Shown here piece after piece: positions 37,901 to 47,074 of a DNA stretch of 64,000 bases. The stretch comes from Carcharhinus amblyrhynchos. Lineage: Eukaryota. The notes below the pieces were generated by a model. The model was not told the DNA's origin. It made no database searches and saw only the letters and a program-made list of their open reading frames with translations. Where the stretch lies: assembly GCA_965287045.1 (NCBI GenBank), contig OZ336875.1, positions 49,910,001 through 49,974,000 of the forward strand, written 5' to 3'. Position numbers and translations under genes: made by a program. Every line of letters begins with the position of its first letter. Position 1 is the first letter of the stretch.

Positions 37901-37969
37901 CCACCTTCACTGTGTCCAGTGGAATCAGTTTACAGCCAGAGAGGGACCTCCTCCCTTCCAAGTTTGTGA
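1837..37969 (+). CDS. Kielin/chordin-like or BMPER-like secreted protein, 5'-partial, 15 exons (VWC x4, PST-rich insert, VWD, C8, TIL)
   Basis: Exons 1837-1919, 4513-4618, 5524-5964, 6741-6823, 8024-8120, 9499-9581, 10416-10556, 11559-11724, 14681-14802, 18195-18369, 22530-22677, 24200-24365, 28674-28854, 30573-30698, 37872-37969. All have AG acceptors, the internal exons have GT donors, and the phases join into one stop-free frame (2216 nt) ending in TGA. Domain motifs: CxxCxC / CCPxC (VWC), TFDG and CGLCGNFNG (VWD), C8, TIL. Confidence 0.9.
4513..4618 (+). CDS. Exon: second half of VWC domain ([35 protein letters not shown])
   Basis: ctccccag acceptor, gtaagt donor, CCPxC motif, phase 0 to 1. 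Confidence 0.92.
5224..5440. mobile_element. Penelope-like element terminal repeat in inverted (hairpin) arrangement, with hammerhead-ribozyme core motif
   Basis: About 95-bp arms around a short loop near 5345-5352; - strand reads TCAC-CTGATGA-AGGAGCAGCACTCT-GAAA-GCTT-GTGA. Confidence 0.75.
5524..5964 (+). CDS. Exon: 147-aa Pro/Ser/Thr-rich, cysteine-free linker
   Basis: ttttttccag acceptor, gtaagt donor, 441 nt, phase 1 to 1, same frame as ORF 5556-6008. Confidence 0.75.
6741..6823 (+). CDS. Exon: first half of VWC domain ([27 protein letters not shown])
   Basis: ttcttcag acceptor, gtaagt donor, 83 nt. Confidence 0.92.
7386..7501 (-). mobile_element. Penelope-like terminal repeat fragment with hammerhead core
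   Basis: - strand CAC-CTGAAGA-AGGAGCAGCACTCC-GAAA-GCTC; homologous to 5224-5340. Confidence 0.7.
8024..8120 (+). CDS. Exon: second half of VWC domain ([32 protein letters not shown])
   Basis: ttgtacag acceptor, gtaaaa donor, 97 nt, QCCPxC motif; not in the ORF track. Confidence 0.9.
8626..9303 (+). mobile_element. CR1 LINE 3' fragment
   Basis: ORFs 8627-9004 and 8991-9203 ([18 protein letters not shown]), TTCTATG tail. Confidence 0.9.
9499..9581 (+). CDS. Exon: first half of VWC domain ([27 protein letters not shown])
   Basis: ttcatag acceptor, gtaagt donor, 83 nt. Confidence 0.92.
10416..10556 (+). CDS. Exon: second half of VWC plus start of next VWC ([18 protein letters not shown]...[20 protein letters not shown])
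   Basis: atttgcag acceptor, gtgaag donor, 141 nt, phase 0 to 0. Confidence 0.9.
11559..11724 (+). CDS. Exon: remainder of last VWC domain ([26 protein letters not shown]...[13 protein letters not shown])
   Basis: pyrimidine tract plus gacag acceptor, gtaagt donor, 166 nt. Confidence 0.9.
11825..13260 (-). mobile_element. Degenerate Ingi/Vingi-type LINE, interrupted by another element at about 12275-12670
   Basis: [22 protein letters not shown] followed, after a frameshift, by [15 protein letters not shown]...HI, resembling the C-terminal zinc-knuckle region of I-group LINEs. Confidence 0.5.
14281..14612 (+). mobile_element. HE1-type SINE
   Basis: Same consensus as 17458-17783. Confidence 0.8.
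14681..14802 (+). CDS. Exon: start of VWD domain ([40 protein letters not shown])
   Basis: cctgcag acceptor, gtaagt donor; CxxxG..H..TFDG..Y.F.G.C.Y.L VWD signature. Confidence 0.93.
15480..16370 (+). mobile_element. Old degenerate CR1 fragment
   Basis: Remnant CR1 ORF2 C-terminal motifs (VEKMFPL, EFRRNF) with many stops. Confidence 0.65.
17458..17783 (+). mobile_element. HE1-type tRNA-derived SINE (representative copy)
   Basis: Pol III A/B boxes (CAGTGGTTAGCAC, GGTTCCATTCC), core GGGTTTCC.CC.GGTGCTCCGGTTTCCTCCCACAGTCCAAAGA, GATTCTAT tail. Confidence 0.85.
18195..18369 (+). CDS. Exon: middle of VWD domain ([48 protein letters not shown]...)
   Basis: ttcctcag acceptor, gtatgc donor, 175 nt, V.VN...V.LPY motif, phases fit both neighbours. 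Confidence 0.85.
18850..19250 (-). mobile_element. Deu-domain SINE (SacSINE1/AmnSINE1-like)
   Basis: tRNA-like head plus conserved core. + strand relatives at about 13950-14170 and 19480-20115, the latter ending AAAGGTGCTATATAAATGCAAGTCTTT. Confidence 0.55.
19557..19810 (+). mobile_element. HE1-type SINE nested in a Deu-domain SINE
   Basis: Same consensus. Confidence 0.8.
20770..22340 (+). mobile_element. Degenerate CR1 ORF2 fragment(s) with 3' tails
   Basis: Frameshifted [10 protein letters not shown] / FADD remnants at 21250-21360; TTCTTATG tails near 22230 and 22350. Confidence 0.85.
22530..22677 (+). CDS. Exon: end of VWD domain (...[39 protein letters not shown])
   Basis: gaacag acceptor, gtaagt donor; WDG and CGLCGNFNG motifs. 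Confidence 0.93.
24200..24365 (+). CDS. Exon: VWD to C8 junction ([17 protein letters not shown]...[21 protein letters not shown])
   Basis: gtgacag acceptor, gtaaat donor, FGNxW motif, phase 2 to 0. Confidence 0.88.
26608..28504. mobile_element. Non-autonomous TIR element (MITE-like) split by a CR1 insertion
   Basis: TIRs GGACCT-ATTTTACCATT and AATGGTAAAATCAGGTCC; the rejoined sequence around the CR1 is homologous to window positions 1-173. Confidence 0.75.
27308..28393 (-). mobile_element. Young 5'-truncated CR1, same subfamily, with a small internal frameshifting deletion
   Basis: ORFs 27408-28148 and 27944-28423 ([15 protein letters not shown]); nearly identical to the 33-35 kb copies. 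Confidence 0.93.
28674..28854 (+). CDS. Exon: C8 domain ([27 protein letters not shown]...[28 protein letters not shown])
   Basis: ttctcag acceptor, gtgagt donor; DP..YY..C...C and WR...LC motifs. Confidence 0.92.
29417..29763 (-). mobile_element. HE1-type SINE
   Basis: Reverse complement of the consensus. Confidence 0.85.
30573..30698 (+). CDS. Exon: TIL domain ([18 protein letters not shown]...[15 protein letters not shown])
   Basis: ttctcag acceptor, gtaaca donor; CVPGCxCP motif. Confidence 0.92.
31144..31380 (+). mobile_element. HE1-type SINE, 3'-truncated
   Basis: Same consensus. Confidence 0.75.
32628..33715. mobile_element. MITE-like element (GGGAATTTT...AAGATTCTGCCC) split by CR1 33010-33606
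   Basis: Imperfect TIRs of the same style. Short relatives at about 11226-11349, 40915-41040, 42207-42328, 60119-60527. Confidence 0.55.
33010..33606 (-). mobile_element. Young 5'-truncated CR1 with 7-bp target-site duplication ATGACTG
   Basis: [13 protein letters not shown]...HSLKIK; ATGACTG at 33003-33009 and 33607-33613. Confidence 0.92.
33733..34027 (-). mobile_element. Young CR1 3' end (ORF2 C-terminus, 3'UTR, TTCTTATG tail)
   Basis: [31 protein letters not shown] on the - strand; tail at left end. Confidence 0.93.
34028..35419 (+). mobile_element. Young CR1 LINE ORF2 fragment with uninterrupted RT domain (inverted 5' part of a twin-primed insertion)
   Basis: ORF 33968-35425: [44 protein letters not shown]. 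Confidence 0.95.
36512..36903 (+). mobile_element. CR1 3' fragment
   Basis: [17 protein letters not shown]...GHRLKMRG. Confidence 0.8.
37872..37969 (+). CDS. Terminal coding exon: end of TIL domain and stop ([31 protein letters not shown])
   Basis: tttctag acceptor, phase matches, supplies the last two TIL cysteines, TGA at 37967-37969. Confidence 0.85.
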
Positions 37970-38377
37970 TGGTGCACAGCAGTGGTCTGCTTATACTCAC
38001 ACGTTGATTAACTTTACTATGAATCCTCATGGTTTGATGATGGGAGGGTTGGTAAGCCTTCACTGAGTGGATTTGGACATATAGCTGGCCTGAAACTGGA
38101 GAACATACACTGGAGGATGGATGACAACTTTTAAGACCTGTGACTTTGTGAAGTACTTTGTTAGATACCAAAACTGTGAACTACTGATCGACAGATTATT
38201 GAACAGAATTTTATTTATTCAGATGGTACAGCTCCCATATTATTACCTCATTAGAATTGAGAACTACTCTGTACAGTATTGTATAAATCATATTATTCCT
38301 TTAATCAAAATCTTTCTATGGAACGTACTATTTGAGTTCTTACTGTTTTTGTACATGAAATGAGAGACTGGATTTAC

Positions 38378-38383
38378 ATTAAA
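38378..38383 (+). terminator. Candidate polyadenylation signal (ATTAAA) for the VWC/VWD gene
   Basis: About 410 nt after the stop, followed by T-rich sequence; hexamer match only. Confidence 0.3.
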
Positions 38384-39021
38384 ATACTGTTATTAGTAAG
38401 AGTTTAAATGATACCAATTGTTCATTCCTTTCTGTCTTTATTCTGTGAAGGATGTCTCTGCTCAGTTGGTGTAGCACCAGTATCTATGTGTTTGTAAAAG
38501 ATTATTTCAGTTCACTATTTCTAATGATATTATGTTGAGGTGAGGTGCCTATCTTAAACCAGGTGGAATTGTTAGAATGAGATGGTGAGGTAGGACTGAT
38601 TTGCAAAAGTAATGCAACCCATTTTACTCATTTCAGTTTAACTGATGCCGTATGATAATCACCCTCCTCAACTTTACCTTTTAGTTTAGTCACTTAATTT
38701 TCTTTTTGATTTGTTTTTGATTTGATTTATTATTGTCACATGTATTAGTATACAGTAAAATGTATTGTTTCTTGCATGCGACACAAAGCTTACCATTCAT
38801 AGAGGAGAAAGTGCAGAATGTAGTGTTCCAGTCATAGCTAGAGTGTAGAGAAAGATCAATTTAATGCGAGGTAGGTCCATTCAAAAGTTTGATGGCAGAA
38901 GGGAAGAAGCTGTCCTTGAGTTGGTTGGTATTCTGGTCTTTCTGCCATCCACTGCATTGCCCAAACCCCTCATCCCAATCAGACAGGGCAAAATGTGGGT
39001 TTCCCATGGTGAGTTCCCCAG

Positions 39022-40459
39022 CATCTTTGCTTCTTAGAAGAACAGAAATGGGAAAAATGAGAAGTTTGGAATGGCCACCCAATGCGACATTCATATCTCA
39101 GAATACCGGCAGAGGTCTGCCAATCTGCATTTCCATCAGTAACATCCTGAAAGGGAGGAAAAACCATTCTTTATTGTGAAGAACGTTTGTGCCACATTGC
39201 ATCGGAGACCTCTTTAATATAACCTCAAGCTGTAGTACTTTATACATTCTAGATTCCTGGTTTGTAAGAGCTGTCTACTGGGAAACTCCTGCAATTATCT
39301 CACCATTCTATTGCCATCATATACACAACCTTCACAATGGTTATCTACACATACAACCTCTAAAAGCCATTTTTATTGGCCCAGAGTTTTGCACCTAATT
39401 CAAGTTCGCAGAGATGGCAGAATTCCTGGCTCCATGAACCTGATCTTTTTTAAAAAAAAAAGTCCACCCAGACATCAGCTTTTCATAGTCATAGAATCCT
39501 ACAGTGCAGGAGACTACCATTTAGCCCATTGAGTCTGCACTGACCACAATCCCAACTAGGCCCTATCCCTGTAACCCCATGCATTTACCCTAGCTAGTCC
39601 CCATGACACAGAGGAAATTTAGCATGGTCAATCCACCTAACCCGCACATCTTTGGACTGTGGGAGGAAACTGGAGCACCCAAAGGAAACCCACGCAGACA
39701 TGGGGACAATGTGCAAACTCCAAACAGTGACCCAAGCCGGGAATCATACTTGGGTCTCTGGTGCTGAGGCAGCAGTGCCAATCACTGTACTGCCCTATCC
39801 AGGGAGACTAGAAAACAGACTCTGAGCAGTTTGATTGATAGCTTCAAGCGGTTGCAGAACATAAAGATTTGTTTTCCAAAGGTGACCTGGGAGCATATCT
39901 AAATGATTACCTTACCTCTCTAAAGGTGTACCACTATCTAAACAGATCCACCAAGTTCAGACCAGCTCTTCCTGGTTGAATCTACGATTCTATGACTATG
40001 AAAAGCTGACGTCTGGCCGGACTTTTTTTTTAAAAAGATCAGGTTCATGGAGCCAGGAATTCTGCCATCTCTGCGAACTTGAATTAGGTGCAAAACTCTG
40101 GGCCAATAAAAATGGCTTTTAGAGGTTGTATGTGTAGATAACCATTGTGAAGGTTGTGTATATGATGGCAATAGAATGGTGAAATAATTGCAGGAGTTTC
40201 CCATTAGACAGCTCTTACAAACCAGGAATCTAGAATGTATAAAGTACTACAGCTTGAGGTTATATTAAAGAGGTCTCCGATGCAATGTGGCACAAACGTT
40301 CTTCACAATAAAGAATGGTTTTTCCTCCCTTTCAGGATGTTACTGATGGAAATGCAGATTGGCAGACCTCTGCCGGTATTCTGAGATATGAATGTTGCGT
40401 GGGTGGCCATTCCAAACTTCTCATTTTTCCCATTTCTTTTCTTCCAAGAAGCAAAGATG
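39022..40459. repeat. Inverted duplication, arms about 475 bp (39022-39498 and 39986-40459)
   Basis: Arms are near-identical reverse complements; mirrored ORFs 38979-39167(-)/40315-40563(+) and 39311-39532(+)/39938-40204(-). Confidence 0.95.
39485..39795 (-). mobile_element. HE1-type SINE in the spacer of the inverted duplication
   Basis: Reverse complement of the consensus. Confidence 0.85.
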
Positions 40460-40659
40460 TATTCATGGGCACAGGAATAGAGTTGGGGAGTGGTTCACAC
40501 ACACACACACGTCTAAGGGTGGGAGCTGGCCACTTAAATCATCAGCTGCCTCTGCTGAAATAGGATTTTTGTACTTCAGGTATGTGAAACCCATACACCC
40601 TTAGACGTGTGTGTGTGTGTGAACCACTCCCCAACTCTATTCCTGTGCCCATGAATACA
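40458..40659. repeat. Perfect 64-bp inverted repeat (40458-40521 and 40596-40659) with a 74-bp loop
   Basis: TGTATTCATGGGCACAGG...(CA)n...GTCTAAGGGTG and its exact reverse complement. Confidence 0.93.
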
Positions 40660-40804
40660 GTGCCGTGTATTGGGGCAGCACTTAGAATTTTTGATCATTT
40701 CTGCTATTTTCACCATGACGATGAGCCTCTTTGTCACCCTGTCTGTCATGGTGAGATTCTGCGTCACGCAGGACTTTTCTATGATAAATATTGTATGTTT
40801 CACT

Positions 40805-41225
40805 ATTTAAAAATAAGGGATCACTCATTTAAGACACAGACGAAAACAAAATTTTTCTCTCAGAGGGGGCATGAGTCTCTGGAACTTTCGCCCTGAAAAG
40901 GCTGTGGAAACAGAGGCTGGAATTTTATCACCTCACCCACCTCAGAATCGGGGCGAGTGAGACTTGCAGAATGGCATTCTCTCACTTGGGCGGGATCTTA
41001 CAAGCTTCGGGCAGGCAAAGCAGGGTGGTAAAATTCCGGCAAGAGTCTTTGAATATTTCTAAGGCAGAGCTAGATAGATTCCTGATTAGCAAGAGAGTGA
41101 AATATTATTGGAAGTTGGCAGGAATGTTGGGTTGAGGTTACAATCAGATCAGCCATGATTTTATTGATTGGTGGGGCAAACTCGTGGAGCCGAGTGGCCT
41201 GATTCTGCTCCTAATTTATATTTTC
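40805..41225 (+). mobile_element. CR1 3' fragment interrupted by a short TIR element (about 40915-41040)
   Basis: CR1 C-terminal and 3'UTR similarity on both sides of GGCTGGAATTTT...AAAATTCCGGC. Confidence 0.7.
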
Positions 41226-42654
41226 AAATGTGTGTGTGTGTTTGTGTGCAAAGAAATTTAAAGGGACTATTATTGAAACAATTGGGATATGCACAATAAC
41301 TAAATTATTGCTTCCCAACCTCCTTTTGGATATTCCTTTGTTGCTCTAAGTCAGAAGGCATTCTACTGACTTCCACATTATAGACAATGCACAAGCAGGC
41401 ATGCCAACTGGAAAAATACCCTCAGTGACGGACACTTTCCTGCATATCAATTCATACAGCTCCAAAATCATACACTGTCTAAATATATAATTGTATTAGC
41501 CTGGTGCTTCTCCTTGCTGCAAGTTTAGGATTTGGGAAGTCTTAAAACTAACTTTGTGTTCTTCCTGTGGGTCAACTCTATGGCCAGAGATTGAGAAATG
41601 GCTGCTTATGCATTCATATGTGAGGCTTCTTGCGAAGTTCCTTGTTTGGTGGTGGTGTGTTGACTCAGGGACTCCATGTTGCTGTGGCAATGTGCACTAT
41701 TACATGCATGTTGTTTTTTGGAGCTATAGATAGTGATAGTAGAGACTCCACCATTCATGGTGCCCTTGTTTAACATCTGCTTAACTCTGGCTTCTGCAAG
41801 ATCTCCCTGTGCCAGGACCTTTATGGCCACATGCACAAGCATTACCTGTGTTCAGGGGATTTATGCAGATCTGTTAAGAGCTGCCATATCCATAACGGTA
41901 CTGCAAATGCAGATAAATAGACTCCGTTACTTCACAATCTGTAGCACACAATCTGCCATAATCCCCAGTCATGTATAGAAACTCAACCTCACCACAAGTA
42001 CAATTCTTTTGAAAGCAGCATCCACGAAGAGTGGAAGACAAGGGAATGGACTATTAGAATCATTGAGGTTAATAGTGCCGGAAAATTAACAGCACTCACT
42101 GTAGAATGTTAACCTGACCTACTGAACAGGTGGCTAGACCATTTAGCTGAAGTCGTCATTAGACCTGACTGCAAATATTATTGATGGCCTGAGCAAGGAA
42201 GCCACTGGCCTGAATTCTCCCATCCTGCCTGCCACTGGAATTCTAGCGGGCAAATCATGTAAATGTCCATTGAAGCCGGACAGGAATCTCCGGTTTTCAG
42301 GCAAGCACAACCAGAGAATTCCGCCCACTGTGTTTTTCACACCAAGAAGAAACAGTGAGAAGAGGAGCCAAGACCAGGTAAGTGACCCAGTGTATAAAAG
42401 GTTTTCAACCTATGTGTTCTTATATCTCTTCCTCCAAGTTAACTAATTCACCAACTGTTTTCCTCCCATTTATTTTCTTAAAAACCTTCAGAATTCTTAT
42501 CATCTCTCTCTCTTTTGCTCCCCTACTCTTATCAATTCTAATGCAAAGTTCCCTGGTTTCTCTGGTATCTCTCTATAACTGAAATATCTCATCATTTCAG
42601 ATGAAATATCTGAAGTAAAATGTCAAAACGACACACAATACCTGGTTTAGATAA

Positions 42655-42945
42655 AGTCATATAAAGCACGGAAACAGTCCCTTCAGCCCAACCTGTCTAT
42701 GCCGATCAGGTTTCCGACACTAAATTAGGCTCACTTTGTTTGGCCCATATCCCTCTATACCTTTCCTGTCCATGTCCTTGTTCAAATTACTTTTAAATGT
42801 TGTAATTGTATCAGCCTCTACCACTTTCTGTGGCAGCTCATTCCATATACACACCACCCTCTGTGTGAAAAAGTTACCCCTCAAGTCCCTTTTAAATCTT
42901 TTCCCCCCTCGCTGTAAACCTATGCCCTCTAGTTTTGGACCTAAT
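42655..42945 (-). mobile_element. CR1 3' fragment
   Basis: Antisense CR1 3' end (cacaccaccctctgtgtgaaaaag). Confidence 0.75.
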
Positions 42946-43423
42946 CAATGAGGTTTGGAATTATCTCTTTGTTTCAGTAGGTTATCCCCCCATTTATAAA
43001 ATCTGTACTTGTATTCTTTAAATTGAACTTATAAATTTGTCTTCCTAATTTTAAAGATTTGAGTATCCAGCTCTTAAATCTATCTTCTCCCTATTCTTTT
43101 TGAGATTTTACAAGTCAGCCCATATTTTGGGACTCACTTCCAGGCTCATTAACATTTTGGAAAGAGGAAAACTGTGTTGTGTCTCCTTTTAAAATGTTAC
43201 ACTCTTTCAAACACATGCAGCAGCATCTTAATTCCCATTAACTGATGAAAAACTTTCTTAACTATGATGAGACCCTGCCTATTTATTGGTAGATGGATAT
43301 AAACCATGATCAGCAATTTTTCTAATTGAAATTTCGTCCAGTTGAAAACACTAGTTTGTTCTGCTGATGGTATAGAGTGAAGTGGTGCAAAATTACATGG
43401 CATTGTGTACACTTGCTGTAATG

Positions 43424-43742
43424 GGTGGCACGGTAGCACAGTAGTTAGCACTGTTGCCTCACAGAGTCAGGGACCCAGGATCAATTCTGGCCTTGGGTCA
43501 CTGACTGTGTGGAGTTTGTATGTTCTCCCTGTGTTTGCATGGGTTTCCTCCGGGTGCTCTGATTTTCTCCCACAGTCACAAAGATGTACGTGTGAGGGAG
43601 ATTGACCATGCTAAATTAACCTTAGTGCCAGGGGAGTAACAGGGTAAATATGTGGGGTTGTGGGAATAGGGCCTGGGTGGGATTGTGGTAGGTGCTGACT
43701 CGATGGGCTAAATAGCCTTCTTCTGCACTGTAGGGATTCTAT
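43424..43742 (+). mobile_element. HE1-type SINE
   Basis: Same consensus. Confidence 0.85.
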
Positions 43743-45159
43743 TCAAGAATGTGTGTATTAATGGAACAGAGCGTGAGGTGTTGGATGTATTGATTGTACT
43801 GTACACTGGGTTTGGGAATGGTATAGTCTATCTAGGATTGTGCCTAATGTATAAAATGGCTCCTCGGTGTTTAAATAATGCAGTTGGTGTGAGGTGACAC
43901 ACTTTGATTGTAATGTCTCTGTGTAAAATGTCATAAAAAGGGGCAATTATTCATTGCATGGTGTGCTCTCATATTCACCACACATTTGCCTTTTATTGTG
44001 GATTTGTCTTGGGACTACTTGGTTTCCCAATCGAGAAGGGAGCCTACTAGAGACAATAGACATTCATACAAAATACCTTTATTTATTTCACTATTTACAA
44101 GGCTGTAGTGCTAAAGGACATAGCTACAGCTTCTTTTTAAGGTGCTTCGCACTCTTCTCTCATTGAGTCATCATTATGATATACATACAAACTCTGTAGC
44201 TACTATTTGAGCTTACGTTCCAACAACCAAAACACCCTCTCCCAGGCCTTCATTCCTGTATTGTGTGCACATCCACCTCCAATTTGCTGAAAGCTTCAGT
44301 TCATAGCAGGCTAACTGATGAAAATTATTTTTTTGATGGGCTCATTCAGAGGACACCTTGATTGCAACAGTGATTTTTTAAAAATTATTCATCCATGGGA
44401 TGTGGGTGTCTCTGGCTATGCCTAATTGCCTCTGAACTGAGTGGCTTGCCAGGTCATTTAAGAGTCAACCACATTGCAGTAGATCTGGTGTGACACATAG
44501 GCCTGACTGGATAAGCATGATAAATTTCTTTCTAAAAGACATAAGTGAACCAGATGAGTTTCCAACCACGGTCGACAATGGTTTCATGGTTTCTTTTAAT
44601 TCCAGATATTTATTGAATACATAATGGGCATTACCCTGGGTCTCTGGATTACCAGTCCAACTACAATACCACCTTGGCATTGCCTTCTCATTGATTGCTG
44701 TCATTAAAATTAAATGTAAGTATACTACAGTTGTGTAGATATAGATAATTAGTCTGTGATGTTTGTGCAAGTGGTTCAGCTTGTCCATGGTTGAGCATTT
44801 TTTATTCATTCATGGCATGTGTGCATTGCTGTTGTTGTTAGTATTTATTACCCATTCATTATTGCCCTTGAGGACTTAATCATAAGAAATTGGAGTAGGC
44901 CACTCAGATCAAATCTGCTCCACCATTCGATAAGGTCATGGCTATCTGATTCTGCCCTTGACTCCATTTTCCTGCCTGTCCCCCATGACCTTAAGTCCTT
45001 TAGTGATTAAAAATATCTCAGCTTTGAATATATTCATTAAGTCAACCTAGGCACCAAGTCAGGACATGTGCTAGCCGCTCTGAGGCCTGGTCTGAACAGC
45101 CCTCCGCTTCAAGGCTCACTTGGGATCGTCTTCCAATGTAGCTATTGTTAGGAGGCCCG

Positions 45160-45470
45160 TAGAATCCATATAGTGCAGAAGGAGGCCATTCGGCTTAATG
45201 AGCTTGAATCGACAACAATCCCTCCCAGGCCGTATCCCCGTAACCCCACATATTTACCCTGCTAATCCCCGACAATAAGGGACAATTTAGTATGGCCAAT
45301 CAACCTAACTCACTCATCTTTGGAGCGTGGGAGAAAACCAGAGCACCCAAAGAAAACCCACGCAGGAACTGAGAGAATATGCAAACTCCACAGAGTCACC
45401 CGAGGCCAGAATTGAATCTGGGTCCCTGGCATTGTGAGGCAGCAGTGCTAACCACTATGCCATGTGCCAC
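45160..45470 (-). mobile_element. HE1-type SINE
   Basis: Reverse complement of the consensus. Confidence 0.8.
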
Positions 45471-45579
45471 CTATAAATCACTCCCACCAGCGACTTCTTT
45501 CTTTTGCTATTTATTATCTTTACTCAAACTGATTCTACATCTTGATGGTCAGAACCAAGATTATTTTTCACTCAGACAA

Positions 45580-46790
45580 TAAGATATAGGAGCAGAATTA
45601 GGCTATTAGGCATATCGAATCTTCTCTGCCATTTGGTCATGATGGATCTATTTCTCAACACCATTCTCTAACCTTTTCTCCGTGACCTTTGATCGCCTTA
45701 CCAGTCAAGAACTTATCTATCTCTGTCTTGAATACATGCAATGACCCTGGCCTCCACGGCTTTCTGCAGCAATAAATTCCATAGATTCGCTGCCTTTTGG
45801 CTTAATCTCAGTTCATAGGATTGTCCCTTTACTCTGAGCTGCATCCTTGGATTCTCGTCTCTCCTACTAATGGAAACATCTTCTCCATGTCCACTTTACC
45901 CAGGCCTTTCAGTGTCCTGTAAGTTTCAATGAGATCCCATCTATCCTTCTACACTCCATCGAGTATGGACCCAGAGTCCTCAAACACTCCTCGTACGTCA
46001 AGCCTTTCATTCCCAGGATCATTCTCGTGAACTTCCTCTGGACCCTCTCCAGGGTGATCCTTAGATACACTGGCCAAAATTGCACACAATATTCCAAATG
46101 TGGCCTTAGAAAGCCTCAGCAGTACGTCCCTGTTTTTGTATTCTATTGTACTGATCTCATCTTTTATTAACAGAGACACCCATGTCCTTTTCCTTTCTTC
46201 CTGTCCTTTCAAAATGTCAAATATTCTGGAATATTCCATTCCCATTTATGGTCACTTAGCAACCATTTCTCAGTAGGGGCTTTCACACCACGCTCCTTTC
46301 TTTCTATTGGTGCTGTCAATTTATCCGCCTTGTTATGAATGCTCTGAATATTCAGACGTAGAGCCTTTAAATCTGTCTTTTTCCCTACTCTGACCTTATT
46401 TGCTGGTGCATTCGTACACTTTGTCCTTTTTTGTTGTGCTTTTGTTAACGTTGCCCACTTTGCTATTCTATAGCCTTGTCCATTCTCTTTAACTTTCCAA
46501 ATCTCCCCCATGTGATTTCTCCCCACTTTTCAGTTTAAAACCTTCCCTACAGTGCTTGTTGTGTGGTTCACCAGTTCACTGGTCTCAGTCGTGTTCAGGT
46601 GAAGCCGATCCGAGGCTCCATCCTTCTCCAAGTACTGGTGCCAGTGCCCCATGAATCAAAACCCATATCCTTCTTTGTGCAGCACATTCAACTCTCCGAT
46701 CTTACTTACCAATTTGCTTGTGGTTGTTACTAAGATTAGTACCTTTTGTGGTTCTGTTTATTGATTTAATACCCACTTGCTCTCACTCCC
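45580..46790 (-). mobile_element. Internally deleted CR1 (3' end joined to ORF2 endonuclease start and upstream sequence)
   Basis: MEYCVQFW / LERVQRKFTRMI; LKALRLNIQSIHNKADKL resembles the start of an APE endonuclease domain. Confidence 0.75.
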
Positions 46791-47074
46791 TTAGCAGAAC
46801 TTGCTTCTTAGTCCTTACCCAGGACATAATCTCGGTAATTTTCAACATTTTCAGTTAGATGCTAGTATCTCAACTTGGCTAGGGATACAACTAGTTCTGA
46901 GGCATGGTTACAGCACTGTAAACTGGGATTTTGTCGGGGTGCATAGTGTACTCAGCCATTCCTTGATATTACTTGGAATGAACTGAATTGGCAGAAGACT
47001 GGCATTTGTGATGGTGGGGACGGCAGGAGCTCGCTGAGATGGATAATTTACTCAGCACTTCTGGCTGAGTATCA

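Noticed and set aside
1837-37969. Identification as OTOGL, VWF or a mucin because of VWD domains next to a PPP1R12 gene
   Set aside because: The order here is VWC repeats then one terminal VWD-C8-TIL and stop, with no C-terminal cystine knot, so no gene symbol was assigned.
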